Of a stretch of 64,000 nt of DNA, positions 12,616 through 25,845 are shown piece by piece. The DNA comes from Eledone cirrhosa (lineage: Eukaryota), in NCBI GenBank assembly GCA_964016885.1, contig OZ024741.1:367598001-367662000 (forward strand), written 5' to 3'. The translations under genes were made by a program, and so were the position numbers. The notes beneath the pieces were generated by a model, which saw only the letters and a program-made list of their open reading frames with translations, had not been told where the DNA came from and searched no databases. Numbering within the stretch: the stretch's first letter is position 1; every line of letters begins with the position of its first letter.

Positions 12616-12845
12616 CTTACCAATAAAGGACTTTATCATTTCCTTATTATATAAAGGACTTTGTATTTCCTTATTCTAAAAATACTCCGTCACTCTTATG
12701 TGGAAAATGCACGTAGAGTTCTCGAATTGAATTACATCAATATTGTTACAGTATATATATATATATAAAATTTTATGTTTCTGTCGATGTTCTTTAGTTC
12801 CAGGCCTGTACACCTAATCAAGCAAACCTATTTTTTCAAAGCATA

Positions 12846-12918
<73 letters not shown>

Positions 12919-12976
12919 AACGGCGATGAATTAGTTTTGCGAGGTTTTTTATATGAGATCGTGTGACGAAACAAAT

Positions 12977-13560
12977 ATTGTTATACTTGGGGAGGGTCAT
13001 ATTTGTGTAATATTGCCAGAATTAATAACAGAATACACTCACTGTTTGGTTGGTTTTCGCTTTTCGCTTCTGTGTCTTTTATATCGGTAATCTAATTTAT
13101 TCGGTCCTCAATGTTGCCATTGACTGACCGACGGTCGAAAATAATACAGTTACAATATAGACACAAACACATATATATAGTTTATCAGAGTTCTTTCGTT
13201 GCACATCTGCAACATCGTCAGTGGTGCTATTGTTTCCTCCCGTTGCATTGTATGTCTACGCCATTTTTATTTAGTCTGTCTATATATTTATTTATTTATT
13301 TGTTTGTTTGTTCATTTTATTTTATCTTCTTTGCGCATGCGTTTGCGTGTGTGTATAGTGTTTTGTTTGATGTGTGTTCGTGATTGGGTGACTAGTGTGT
13401 GTTTATATGTGTTTGTTGTTATTGTGCTTGTGTATGTATTTATTTATTTATTTATCTATTTATTTATTTATTTATACTTCTCTTAGGTCAGTGTTGTTTG
13501 TTTGGGTGTTGTTGTTATTCCATTCATTCTTTCTGTTTAGTCTTGGCCCTCTAAGTTCTA
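12977..13560 (-). mobile_element. 3' fragment of Penelope-like element (related to 59041-61459), with HHR
   Basis: Minus strand encodes ELRGPRLNRKNEWNN (cf. ELHPKLNRKYEWNS); terminus ttgttatacttggggagggtcat shared with 59041. Confidence 0.7.
13186..13223 (-). ncRNA. Minimal HHR in PLE 3' region
   Basis: ca-CUGACGA-u-guugca(gaug)ugcaac-GAAA-gaac-UC-ug; short stem I. Confidence 0.65.
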
Positions 13561-13585
13561 CCTATAACAATAATTTGTTATCCCG

Positions 13586-13617
<32 letters not shown>

Positions 13618-13646
13618 GAAAGTTATATATATATATATATATATAA

Positions 13647-15362
13647 TGGAAAAATTTGAACAGGAACAAAACAGAGAGGCAGTACAACGAATGTTTATTA
13701 ATTTCACGCTCTGGAGAGTGGGGTGGTGGTAGTGAACGACGTTTCGGGCATAAGCCCTTCCTCAGGTGAGAAGTGTGTGGGAACAGAGTTCAAAGGGTGT
13801 GTAGGGGAGTAGTGGAGAGACATATAGCGAAAGGAAACGGTGCGAATGAAATTAAAAATAAAAATAAAAATAAAGCATGATCAAAATACAAGGAATGAAA
13901 TAAATTTAAATATAAAAGCAAGATCAAAATAAACTGAAATTAAAAGGGGGGTAAAACAGGTGGTGGAAGGGTGTGGGGTGTGTAGGGGTGGTGGCGGGTG
14001 GAGTGGGGAGAGGGAGACGGGGTGTCCGAGCGGGGAGGGCTTAAGGTGGTGTGTGTGTGTGTAGGTGTACGTGTGTGTGTGTGTGTGTGTATGTGAAAGT
14101 AAGGGTTGGGGGAAGAACGGGGTTGCATGTTCAGGAAGAGGTGTGTGGGGGGGGGTTGTAGGTCGGAGTGTCTGTGCGTGTGTGGATAGAGGGGTGGGGG
14201 GAGAGGAATCAGGAGGCTGAGGGTGTAAATATGTGGTGGAAAGCACGTGTGTGTGGGGTTTAAGCGTGTTGTGGGTGTAGGTGGCGTGTGGAGAAAAAGT
14301 TTTTGGGGTGTGTGTGTGGGTGAGTTATATAGGTGATTCCGTAAGAGGATGGTTGAAAAGTTGGTAAAATCCTATGATGTTTAGTGGATTCTGTGGTGGT
14401 CAAGTTCCACATTCCATTAAGAGATGGTCGGAAGAGGAGAGATGTGGGGTGCGCGCGCAACAGGAAGTGGTCAAGCAGTGGGAGTGCTGTGTGTCTGTTT
14501 GTGCTGGGAGGTGGTCAGAGGGCATAGCAGCAGTCGGTGGAATGGTAAAGGGGCGAGGATGGGTAGGTGTGAAAGTTGGAGTGAGGAGGGTGTGTGTGTG
14601 TGTGTATTAGTAGAGGTGTTAGTGGGATGAGTGAGTGTGGAGCGAGGGTGTGGGTGGAGCGGGGAGAGAAGGGTGCGTGTAGTTCTATGGAGGGAGTGTG
14701 GTGTACTGGTGTGTGTGTAGTTTGATGAAGGGGTGTTAGTGGGTGTTAGTATACGGGAGGTGGGGAAGGGTTGAATGCAGGTGTGAGTGGGGGTTAGTGG
14801 TGGTAGGGTGTGTAGAGTTGGTGGTGTACGAGGGTGTGTGGGTACGTGTGCGTGGGGTTGGGAGGTGTTAGTGATGTTAGTTGCGTGTGGGGTGGGTGGT
14901 GTAAGTGGGTGCGTGTGTTCGTGTGCTTGGGGTCAGGGGGTGTTAGTGAGGTTAGTTGCGGGGTGGTGGGATGGAGGTGTGGGGGTGAGAGGTGTGGGGG
15001 TGAGGGTTAGTGGTGGTAGTAGGGTGTGTGTTTAGTGTGAGCGCGTGTATATATGTGCCGGTGGGTGTGTGCGTGTGATAAGGAGGGGGAGGAGGAGAAG
15101 AAGGGAGGGATGTTAGTATGTTAGTTGGGGAAGGGTGGTCGGATGAGGGGTGGAGTGGAGGTGTTAGTATTGTTAGTTGTGGGGTGGGCGGTGAAAAGGA
15201 GGGGTGTGTTAGTGGTGTTAGTGGGGGATAAGTGTGGGGGGAGGGGGGCGGTCGAGGGCTAAAGGAATAAGGGTGGGGAGTTCAGGCCGGGGGGAGTGTG
15301 GGTCTGTAAGATGAAGATAGTTCTTTGTTCGACTCTAAGGCGATTGGCGGGAGTTCCGTGGC
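13647..15362 (-). mobile_element. 5'-truncated Penelope-like element (Neptune-like): GIY-YIG C-terminus plus ~1.6-kb C/A-rich 3' region with HHR
   Basis: 15362-15259 reads [33 protein letters not shown] (RxExxxIxxLxTxxPxGLN GIY-YIG tail); HHR at 13736-13767; (TA)n at both ends. Confidence 0.7.
13736..13767 (-). ncRNA. Minimal HHR
   Basis: ac-CUGAGGA-a-gggc(uuau)gccc-GAAA-cg-UC-gu; palindromic ACGU stem III. Confidence 0.7.
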
Positions 15363-15365
15363 ATT

Positions 15366-15526
<161 letters not shown>

Positions 15527-15889
15527 CTTTCTTAATATATATATGTATATATATATATATACGGGATAACAAATTATTGTTATAGGTAGTCCACTTAGAT
15601 GTAGTCCAGTTAGGGTACTCCGAGTAGTGGATAGTATCAACGCTTGGCTAAGTTTGACTCAACAAGGCGTTTCCATAGTGATGCTGCGAGTACGCGGTGA
15701 TTTCTATGTAGTTTACACTTGGAGTAATGATAAATCAAGAAAGAAGAGTGACACGGTTTGCTATACAATAAGGGCTTTAATCACATTGCTGACAATTGTT
15801 TCTCTGAATTAGTAGGTCTAGAGATCATTACCCGCCTGTTTCTGCGTCAATCGATCAGCAATACATAGTTAGAGCTTGCGAGCAGTCAA

Positions 15890-16269
15890 AACGACCAAAA
15901 TGTTATCTCGACCAGGGGAGATTAATAATAATAAAGTATATATCCCTACATGCAAAATACATATAGGGACACATGTATTATCCAACCATATGCCAATGTG
16001 GTTCTATGGCAGGTTAATAAATTAACGAGCCAGAACATATATAATCAAGGTTTAGCAAATAAAAAAAAGTTATTAAAAATTCACTGTGAATTTTTAAAAA
16101 TTCACAGTGAATTTTTAAAAATTTATTTTAAAACTTTTTCTTATTTGCTAAACCTTGATTATATATGTTCTGGCTCGTTAATTTATTAACCTACCATAGA
16201 ACCACATTGGCATATGGTTGAATAATACATGTGTCCCTATATGTATTTTGCATGTATGGATATATACTT

Positions 16270-16275
<6 letters not shown>
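15890..16275. repeat. Fold-back palindrome built from the 485-bp repeat family
   Basis: Arms ~15927-16075 and 16115-16275 around aaattcactgtgaattt repeats; sequence matches 17385-17590. Confidence 0.85.
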
Positions 16276-16327
<52 letters not shown>

Positions 16328-16332
16328 TTTAT

Positions 16333-16386
<54 letters not shown>

Positions 16387-16389
<3 letters not shown>

Positions 16390-16593
16390 TTAAGTAATAA
16401 ACAACATAAGATAATTAATTCATTTACCAATGGTTTCTTGAAGAGCTTGACATCTATGTCTGTCTTCATTCATCAGAAAAAAATGTATAATAATACATTT
16501 TTTCTGGTGAATGAAGACAGACATAAGTGTCAAGCTCTTCAAGAAAACATTGGTAAATGAATTAATTATCTTATGTTGTTTATTACATAACTA
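16387..16593. repeat. Fold-back palindrome with HHR-like motif in each arm
   Basis: Minus arm (16423-16478): CUGAUGA-a-ugaaga...ucuuca-a-GAAA-ccauugg-UA; plus arm has mutated CUGGUGA (16504). Confidence 0.75.
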
Positions 16594-16648
16594 AAAAGTT
16601 CTGTAGCCTACATTCTCTTTTCCTTTACCTTTCCTACGGAAATACTTC

Positions 16649-16716
<68 letters not shown>

Positions 16717-16721
<5 letters not shown>

Positions 16722-16743
16722 CAGCATTTTCTTTTCCTTTTTA

Positions 16744-16779
<36 letters not shown>

Positions 16780-17153
16780 TAAAAAGGAAAAGAAATTGCT
16801 GACAAATTTTTCCCAGTGAAAAATAGTTTAATTAGGAATAAGTATAAATTAGTAATAAGTATTGGTTAATATTGAGTTTTAGTTTTAAGTTTTTACCGGT
16901 TGCGCATTTCTAATGCTTTTCAAAAATAATTTTGAGATAGAGCGCTCGTGATGTTTGCTCTAATCTGCAAACATCACGAGCGCTCTATCTCAAAATTATT
17001 TTTGAAAAGCATTAGAAATGCGCAACCGGTAAAAACTTAAAACTAAAACTGAATACTAACCAATACTTATTACTAATTTATACTTATTCCTAATTAAACT
17101 ATTTTTCACTGGGTAAAGTTTGTCAGCATTTTCTTTTCCTTTTTACTAATATA
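16717..17153. repeat. Nested fold-back palindromes
   Basis: ~190-bp arms around gtttgc-tctaatct-gcaaac (centre ~16965) plus a third copy of the tip at 16717-16750. Confidence 0.85.
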
Positions 17154-17190
17154 TCACAACTCGTGTGTCACACCTCTATTTTTTTAAATA

Positions 17191-17841
17191 TATCATACAT
17201 TCTCATCCGGGAGCAGTTCTGTATGGCGCCAGTTCGTGATTTGAACTCGGGAATTTTATATTCTCCGAGTGAGAAGAACCCTCTGACGAAAGTCTTCTTC
17301 TCAATGGAGTTCCGCATGGATTATCCATTTATTTTGAGACTTGAAACCGCGCAGTAAGGATAATTATAGTAAGTACAGTAAACTTTTAAAATTTATTTTA
17401 AAACTTTTTCTCTATTTTCTAAACCTTGATTATATATGTTCTGGCTCGTTAATTTATTAACCTACCATAGAACCACATTGGCATACGGTTGGATAATACG
17501 TGTGTCCCTATATGCATTTTTTGCACGTAGGAAAACATACTTTATTATTATTAATCTCCCCTAAGGTCGAGATAATATTTTGGTCGTTTTACTGCTGCTA
17601 TTTCTAGTGGCGGGACATTGACCTTTCCGCCCTTGCCTTCTATCTTTACACACGGCACTAGAAAAGATTGTTCCTTATCATACACTCTCATCCGGGAGCA
17701 GTTCTGTATGGCGCCAGTTCGTGATTTGAACTCGTGAATTTTATATTCTCCGAGTGAGAAGAACCCTCTGACGAAAGTCTTCTTCTCAATGAAGTTCCGC
17801 ATGGATTATCCATTTATTTTGAGACTTGAAACCGCGCGGTT
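17191..17841 (+). mobile_element. Retrozyme-like 485-bp partial tandem repeat (family G), HHR in each unit
   Basis: tatcatac at 17191 and 17676; CTGACGA at 17283 and 17768 (period 485); ends in (TA)n. Confidence 0.75.
17280..17359 (+). ncRNA. Type I HHR with extended stem II
   Basis: ccu-CUGACGA-aagucu...agacuu-GAAA-ccgcgcag-UA-agg; the second copy (17765-17841) has the perfect palindrome ccgcgcgg in stem III. Confidence 0.75.
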
Positions 17842-17859
17842 ATATATATATATATAGTA

Positions 17860-20800
17860 ATAATATTTATACTTATATATGAGTTATATATAGTTCTAAA
17901 TATGAAGGGTGTTACTAAGCACTAGCCAATTACCAGTAAGAGAAAAGGCTCAATGTAAATTATCAAATGTTTTACAGAGCCGAGATATAAAATATAAAAC
18001 AATCAAATTTTAGTTCAATACACCTATCCTTTTAAACAAAGCACTAATAATGGCTATGAATAATAGTGAACTTACTAGATCTCAAGTGGATGTTATCCTT
18101 GCGGCCAGGAAAACCATAATTGTATTTGAAGATCAATTATGGACCCGCAAAAATACACCTAACAACTTCGATATCACTATGGGATCTAGCGACTCAGCAC
18201 AGGTCACAGACATAGTTGGTTTATTTCTCTTCAACGAAATCCATAAGAATTTACCTTACCTTAACGGCGGTTTCTATCGAGATGACGCACTTTTCCTCTT
18301 AGATTTAAAAAAATTAATATAGAAAGAACTAGTAAATAATTACATAAAATATTTTAAAACTTCAACTTAGGTATCACCGTAGATAAAAAAATACAAAAAA
18401 TGTTAACTTCCTTGATGTCACATATACACCTTATCATAAACCAAATGAAAAACTTTTTTATGTTAATACCAATTCTAACTACACCAAATCTGTATTGAGC
18501 TCAATCATTAAAGGGGTATCTAATAGAATATCTAGTCTTTCTTATAACGAGACTATATTTAATCGTAACTCCCAATACTATAATGAAGCCTTAGCTCGTT
18601 CGGGCAATAGAGATCAAATTAAATTTACACCTAAAAAGTCATCTATTCATAAACAACCTAATATTATTTCACATAATATGGCCATGTAAAATAACATATA
18701 CTCATAGTATTGAAGATCCTGACTCCAACACCGAGGGCATCAACAAAGTTAACTCGCACCACAGCAATAATCCTAGGAAAAACCACATAAAGAAAAATTA
18801 TGTTAAAAATAAACATATAAATAATACTGTACCTAACACCACACGAAATAATATAGTTAATCACAATAACATAAATATAAATAAAAATACCAATAAAAAT
18901 ACCAATAATAATGACATTAATAGTTACCATAATCTTAATACTAGAAGTATAAACAGCATTTGACAGTAATAACCGTTCAACATCATACCCTCTTAACCAA
19001 TATACTATTAACCATAACAATTGTAATTGTAGATCTAATAGAACCTGCCCATTAAGTAAAATTGCCTTATTAAAGACATTATCTACTCCTGTACTGTCAC
19101 TGCTAATCAGATTTCGAAAGTTTATATAGGTTCAACATCGAATAGTTTTAAGATGAGATATAACTCGCACCTTCATTCGTTTAGAAACCTTAGACTTAGT
19201 AATGCCACTTCACTATCTACCTACATACACTCATTAAAAACAAGTAATAAATCATATAACCTAGAATGGGAAGTGATAGCTAAAGCCCCTTCTTATAAAC
19301 CACCTAACAAACTCTGTAACCTTTGCCTCCTTGAGTCTTGCACTATTATTCATTCAAATCTCAACCTACTAAATAGAAAATCAGATATTTTCTCCACGTG
19401 TCCACATTAGCACAAATATTCTTTCTACTATTTCAAACCAAATAGCTAATATATAACAATGTCGGATATTTTACTATATTACTACTACCTTTAAGTTTAT
19501 TTCATTCGCTTTTTGTAATTATATAACTACACCTTTAACTTTAACAAACCACACCACCTGACATCCTTTTCTCTTACTTAATTATCTTATTCACCATAAC
19601 ATATATATTAATAAACTCCTTCCTATATCTCATATCTAATACAAATCATATTTTTCTTAACCAAATAAATAAACAATTTAGGCACCCTACTATGTTCTCT
19701 ATCCTTACTACTAAAATTATATATAACACTAATTAAATAACTGACAACAGTGTCCACAACACTAATTACTCCATTATATGTTGCCATTTATTATATAAAT
19801 CCCTATCTAGTTATTAATAATTTAACCGTCTTTACACAATCTGATTAAATAAGAATAACAAATAACTTTTGTATATAATTGATAAATAATCAATAATAAT
19901 TTATAATTTATAAATATTAATTTATAACACCATTTAATGAATGATAATTTTTAATAGATAATAAACAATAATTTAGAATAATAAAAAAAACCTTCTTATA
20001 TTGTCAGCAATTCTTATATTGTCAACTTTAATACTTCCTTAATTACTGTTCTTTGTTATTAACTCCCCTTATGAATATCGTTCCTCTTATTTTTTAAATT
20101 CATAACGTTAAAACAATTTAACAACTTTTTTACCATTAGACCTCGTCTAATAACTTTTAATAGAACTCGCACATAAAGCAAAGTGAACTATTTCTTAATA
20201 GAAAATTTAAAGATAGGAATGCTTTATATAATATATTTCCTATATTAACATGGCTAATAATACAGTGGAATTAATCTTTACTACACACATATTTTTAAAC
20301 TGTACACATCTCAAACACATTACAACTAAAATTAAAAACATTCCATGTACAGTACATTTGCTTTACACCCAACATATACATTTATACACGAACTCTAATA
20401 TAAAAATCCTTGAATTACAATTACCTATCTTATTTACTTACGTTTTTTGCATTACACATTAAACAACATCTATTGACTTTATCATTAATGCATGCCATTT
20501 TTAACATTTTTAACATTTTAAATATTTTTAACACTTTTAACATTCTTTAACATTCTGTATGAAATATGCTTGATTTATTCATTTTATAACTCTTACCTCA
20601 TGCATGCCTTTATTAATTTTTGCATTATATACCCTTAATATTACCTTCTTTTCAATGCTATATCTTTTATTTATCTTCTTTAACACCTTTTTTGCTTGGT
20701 ATCTTTTGCACATGTATTACCTTAAAGAATATCTTTATATACAATATGCTCAATATTTCACTTTTCACCATTGCTCCTTATACTGTGATATCTGTAACAT

Positions 20801-21010
20801 AACATCTTTTTGTAACTCCTGCTTTTCAATATGATGTCACTGACAATGTCAATAGTTATGTATCTTTATCAATGTTCTGTAGACTAGGATTATACTTACT
20901 TGTTTAAAAATTGTGTATGCTCCGATGATTCCAGACATTCGTCTGGAAGAAACAATTATCAGCAATTAAATGTATTGAACTAAAATTTGATTGTTTTATA
21001 TTTTGTATAT
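17860..21010 (+). mobile_element. Decayed Penelope-like element (Hydra-clade-like): RT, GIY-YIG, long AT-rich 3' region, HHR, short inverted 5' copy of the 3' end
   Basis: RT motifs FDITMGSSDSAQVTDIVG and GGFYRDD (18050-18322); CNCRSNRTCP, IIYSC..KVYIGSTSNSFKMRYNSH, CNLCLLE, LNRKSDIFSTCPH (19022-19410); 17984-18020 is the reverse complement of 20972-21008; multiple frameshifts. Confidence 0.85.
20918..20964 (+). ncRNA. Minimal HHR (CCGAUGA variant) in PLE 3' repeat
   Basis: ugcu-CCGAUGA-uuccagac(auuc)gucuggaa-GAAA-caauua-UC-agca. Confidence 0.75.
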
Positions 21011-21036
21011 ATGTATATATATATTTCAATTTTTTA

Positions 21037-21371
21037 TTTCTCAAAAAATACGGTATGTTTATAAATACACATTTAGAAGGCCATAGCTATGACTAACATA
21101 CTGGCAACTAATGCCACCAGGCGGTGCCCGGCAGAAGCAAGGGAGATTTACACAGACGAAAAAACTATATATTTTCGCCTGTTTTCAAAGTCCAGCAGTT
21201 TCAGGAGCGGGAGAGATCGTCCTGACGAGTACCATTTGAGTTCGAAATGCATCGACGATTGTCTCCCTTGCTTGTGCCTGACACCGCCTGGTGGCTTTAT
21301 CTGCCAGTGTGTTATTCATAGCTATGGCTTTCTAAATGTTTATTTATAAACATACCATATTTCTTTAGAAA
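21037..21371. repeat. Inverted-repeat element with HHR in the spacer
   Basis: ~105-bp diverged arms (tatgtttataaat...gcaagggaga / tctcccttgc...atttataaacata). Confidence 0.8.
21216..21259 (+). ncRNA. Minimal type I HHR
   Basis: aucguc-CUGACGA-guac..guuc-GAAA-ugca-UC-gacgau; perfect 6-bp stem I, palindromic UGCA. Confidence 0.8.
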
Positions 21372-21445
21372 TACGAAATTCAAATACATATTTGTATGCA
21401 GCTATGTTCGAAGCTAAATTCTAATTCTATTCTATTGTTTGCTAC

Positions 21446-21546
21446 TTGAGATGTCTAAGTATTAGAGACAGATAACTTTATATATATATACATATGTGTA
21501 TGTGTATATATACACCCACACCCACCCACAACCCCCACACCCCCAC

Positions 21547-21644
<98 letters not shown>

Positions 21645-21679
21645 AATTTATCTGTCTCTAATACTTAGACATCTCAAGT
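21446..21679. repeat. ~32-bp inverted repeats around (TA)/(CA) microsatellite
   Basis: cttgagatgtctaagtattagagacagataa / ttatctgtctctaatacttagacatctcaag. Confidence 0.8.
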
Positions 21680-21755
21680 GGGAAATAATACAAGTAAAAT
21701 CGATATTTTTAGTTGGTCTAGCTTATATACCCCCTAGGGATTTTGGCTTAAGTTT

Positions 21756-21823
<68 letters not shown>

Positions 21824-22149
21824 CGGAGAAAGCTAATAGCGTTACTCCGGCCAAATTCCAACTCACTCAACAAACATTAGGAAATACCTGAGTATATTCC
21901 TAATTAAACGTTCGGGGTGCTAACTAATTGTATTGTGTGGAAAATTGGCTGTATCATTTCATATGAGATATATCAAATATATCTCTTCCCAGACGGACGT
22001 CTCGTTTCATTATAAGATTTCTACAAGTTGGGTGAAATTATACCAATTTATGTAGAAGCTTGTATAAGATCAACAGATACTTATTCAAGTGGGCTCTTAT
22101 AATTCTTCAGTGGGTGCCCAATAATATTAATATTGATAACCAAATCAAC

Positions 22150-22680
22150 ATCAATATTTAGCGATAATCACCATCAGAAAGAAAATCTCACACTGTCTCT
22201 AAAATAGGAGTAAGGAGATTACCGCCAAAAAACAATACATGCGCAGGTCAATGAATTCTGAAAAGAATTCAAGCCACGTGCTAGAACTCAATTGGATTTG
22301 AAAAAATAACCATATGTGCGCATCGCTTTATGTAAATTTTTGGTGAAGAAACCGAATATTATTTATTGAATCCACAAGACAATAAAGGTTATGTACTAGC
22401 ATAAATGAACGATAAAAAGAAAATTATTGCCATGACGTTTTCTTTCTTTACAATGAGACTTCTTCGAGTGTATTATAACAAAACCATGTCTGGGAATGCT
22501 TGGCACCAGATGGAGCTACTTACGATCACACAATCACAAATGAATCGATTTCTATGTTCTTTTTCACAGTTAATCTTTTTGTTTGTCCATCGGAGAACTA
22601 AGTTGCTGGCCTGGAGGATCAAGATTGATATATTATGTTATCTTATATATATTGTTATCTCTGATAAATGATAACAGGCT
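22150..22680 (+). pseudogene. Possible highly decayed Tc1/mariner transposase relic
   Basis: Broken motifs W-HQ-DGATYDHT and WPGGSRL resemble WFQQDGAxxHT and WPxxSPDL. Confidence 0.3.
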
Positions 22681-22758
22681 TGTTATTCCTCGGAGAAGAA
22701 TCACAATTTGATTTACAATGATATCAACAGTAGTGACTCGTCTTGTAAACATGTCATG

Positions 22759-23611
<853 letters not shown>

Positions 23612-24074
23612 TGTATGTATGTATGTATGAATCTGTGTGTGTGTGCATGTGTGTGTGTGCATGTGTGTGGGGGGGGGTTGTGTGTGTGTGTGACCAAGCC
23701 TCAACAATAGTGACAAGTTTATATTGTGACTTTTCTGTGGGAAAACCTCATCTCCGTTTCTCTCCACCACAAAACCACAAGATAAAATATATCAATAATG
23801 AAGCCACACAGTAACTCCATTTGCTAGGAATAGCAAGGAAATTCCTTTAAACACATTATAATCGTTAAAAAAGAAGAAATGAATGGACACATTGGTTATT
23901 GTAATCTGTGATACGCCAAAAAAAAGTTAGGGAAGTTTCTAGGACCAAGGAAACTATATTTTGAATGAAAGTACATTTCCATTAGTCGTTTATTTGCTGA
24001 GACTACCAGTTGGAACAGATACCGCAAAGTATATCGTTCAAATCTACCCATTCTATCAATACGCAGGGCGTCAA

Positions 24075-24420
24075 GTCCATGTACTGGTATTTAGCGACAA
24101 TGAAAGGATGAAATGCAACGTTGATTTCGACGAGGTTTGAACACAGAACTCTGGGAACCAGTGCCAATTACCGAGGTATTTAATCCAACACTCGCACGAC
24201 TCTTCTAAAATAACGGTTTCTGATTTAGGCATAAGGCCTATTCCGTGAGGGGGACGTCGATTAAATCGACCCCAGTGCGTTAATGGTACTTTATTTAATC
24301 GACTCCATAAAGATGAAAGGCAAAGCTAACCTCGGCGAGATTTGGACTCATAACGTAAAAGGACGTAACTATATGCTACAAAGCATGTTTTCCGACGCTC
24401 TATCGATACTGCCAATCAAC
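24075..24420 (-). mobile_element. Two adjacent tRNA-derived SINE copies
   Basis: ggtactttattt..gactcc..aagatgaaaggcaaag..cctcggcgagatttggactc core. Confidence 0.65.
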
Positions 24421-25505
24421 TCTGTTAAAATAACGACATCAAAAACCATGATGGTCACGGCTTGAATGAACGTGTTCGATCTTTGGTCTTCTCAATCAGG
24501 GCTGAGCTACGGCTAAATGACACCAATAAAATATTAATAAGAGACTGAGGAAGATATTAGTTGTAGATTTATGTGACAGCGGTTCTATAGTTATCTTAAT
24601 TACTACATGTAATACACTATAACATAGACATCGCAGTCTTATAGACATCTATCTAAGTATAGTGTTACATAAGTCGAGATGTTTCTTTCACTACATCACT
24701 ACAACAAAATCAATCACTATGCAGTAAATTATATCAATATTTAGAAACTAATTAAGCCCGATAACTTTCTTACAAAATAGAGTTGTGCGTGAAGACATAA
24801 ACGAGATGTTTGAATATAATGGTTTTTGATTTAGGCACAAGGTCAATAATATTTGAGAAAAGGGAAAATCGATTAAATCGACATCAGTGCATTACTGGTA
24901 CTTTATCTTATCGACCCCGTAAGGATGAAGGTTTAAATATAATAACCATATAAGAGTCTCGCAATGAATATTTTAAGCTGTGATCATGTCCCAGCTATGT
25001 CAGACACGTGTTTCTGGATTTTTTACCGTCATCGGTGACACTTACTCACTCTGTACTGAGACAAGAATAAGCTATAGCTTATATGTATTGTTTGCGTATG
25101 AAACATCAACTGGATTGTTTTTCTACTTCGTATTTACAGAAAATTTATTTTTCTTCCTTTATTTCTTTTTTTGCTCTGTATGCTTGTCACTATTTCAAAC
25201 CAAGTCGAACCAAAATATAATTCTAAATATTCAATAAAATTCTTTTTTCTTTTTTTTAAATAAGTCGAAAACGTATTAAACTCTACTAGTCTTGTAAAAC
25301 CTGGTTATATGACACAACATGTTAAGTTAAATAATTAGTAAGTTATCTAGTTAGCTGGCTGTTTGGTTAGTTAATTAGATGGCTGGTTGGTTAGTATAGT
25401 TAGTTAATTACTTAGTGCAGTTAGCTAATTAGTAAATTAGTCAGTTGTGTGGTTTGTTTGTTAATGTATCATTTCATTTATCAAATAACATGAGTATATT
25501 TACAG

Positions 25506-25506
25506 C

Positions 25507-25601
<95 letters not shown>
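25506..25601. repeat. (ACA)n(ATA)n microsatellite at the 3' flank of the LINE array
   Basis: Direct inspection. Confidence 0.95.
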
Positions 25602-25603
<2 letters not shown>

Positions 25604-25845
25604 TTTTCTTTATTAACCACAAGGGTTCACATAAAGTAGACATTAAGGACAGTACAGGACAATACAGGACGGTAGAAATGGGCATTTCTGCGTGTAAAAA
25701 AACAGAGGTTGAAATAAAATAACAAAGAAAAATTCCCCAATAGGGGGGAGACTTCCAAGGGACATTTGTGGAGAAAGCCCATTAAAAGACCACAGTGGCC
25801 CTGACCACCAGGGCAAGTGCCCTCTCCCAGTTTTCCACCTTTAAT

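Larger units (their letters stand above)
12238..12678. repeat. ~440-bp fold-back element with an HHR in each arm
   Basis: tagaataaggaaatacaa...ttgtatttccttattcta termini; arms diverged; track ORFs 12258(-) and 12410(+) are mirror images. Confidence 0.85.

Noticed and set aside
15784-15835. HHR-like GAAA-caattg-TC on minus strand
   Set aside because: CUGANGA core is degenerate (GUAAUGA) and stem I is absent; at best a dead relic
21945-21998. HHR-like hairpin on minus strand
   Set aside because: Core reads CUGGGAA and spacing to GAAA is wrong
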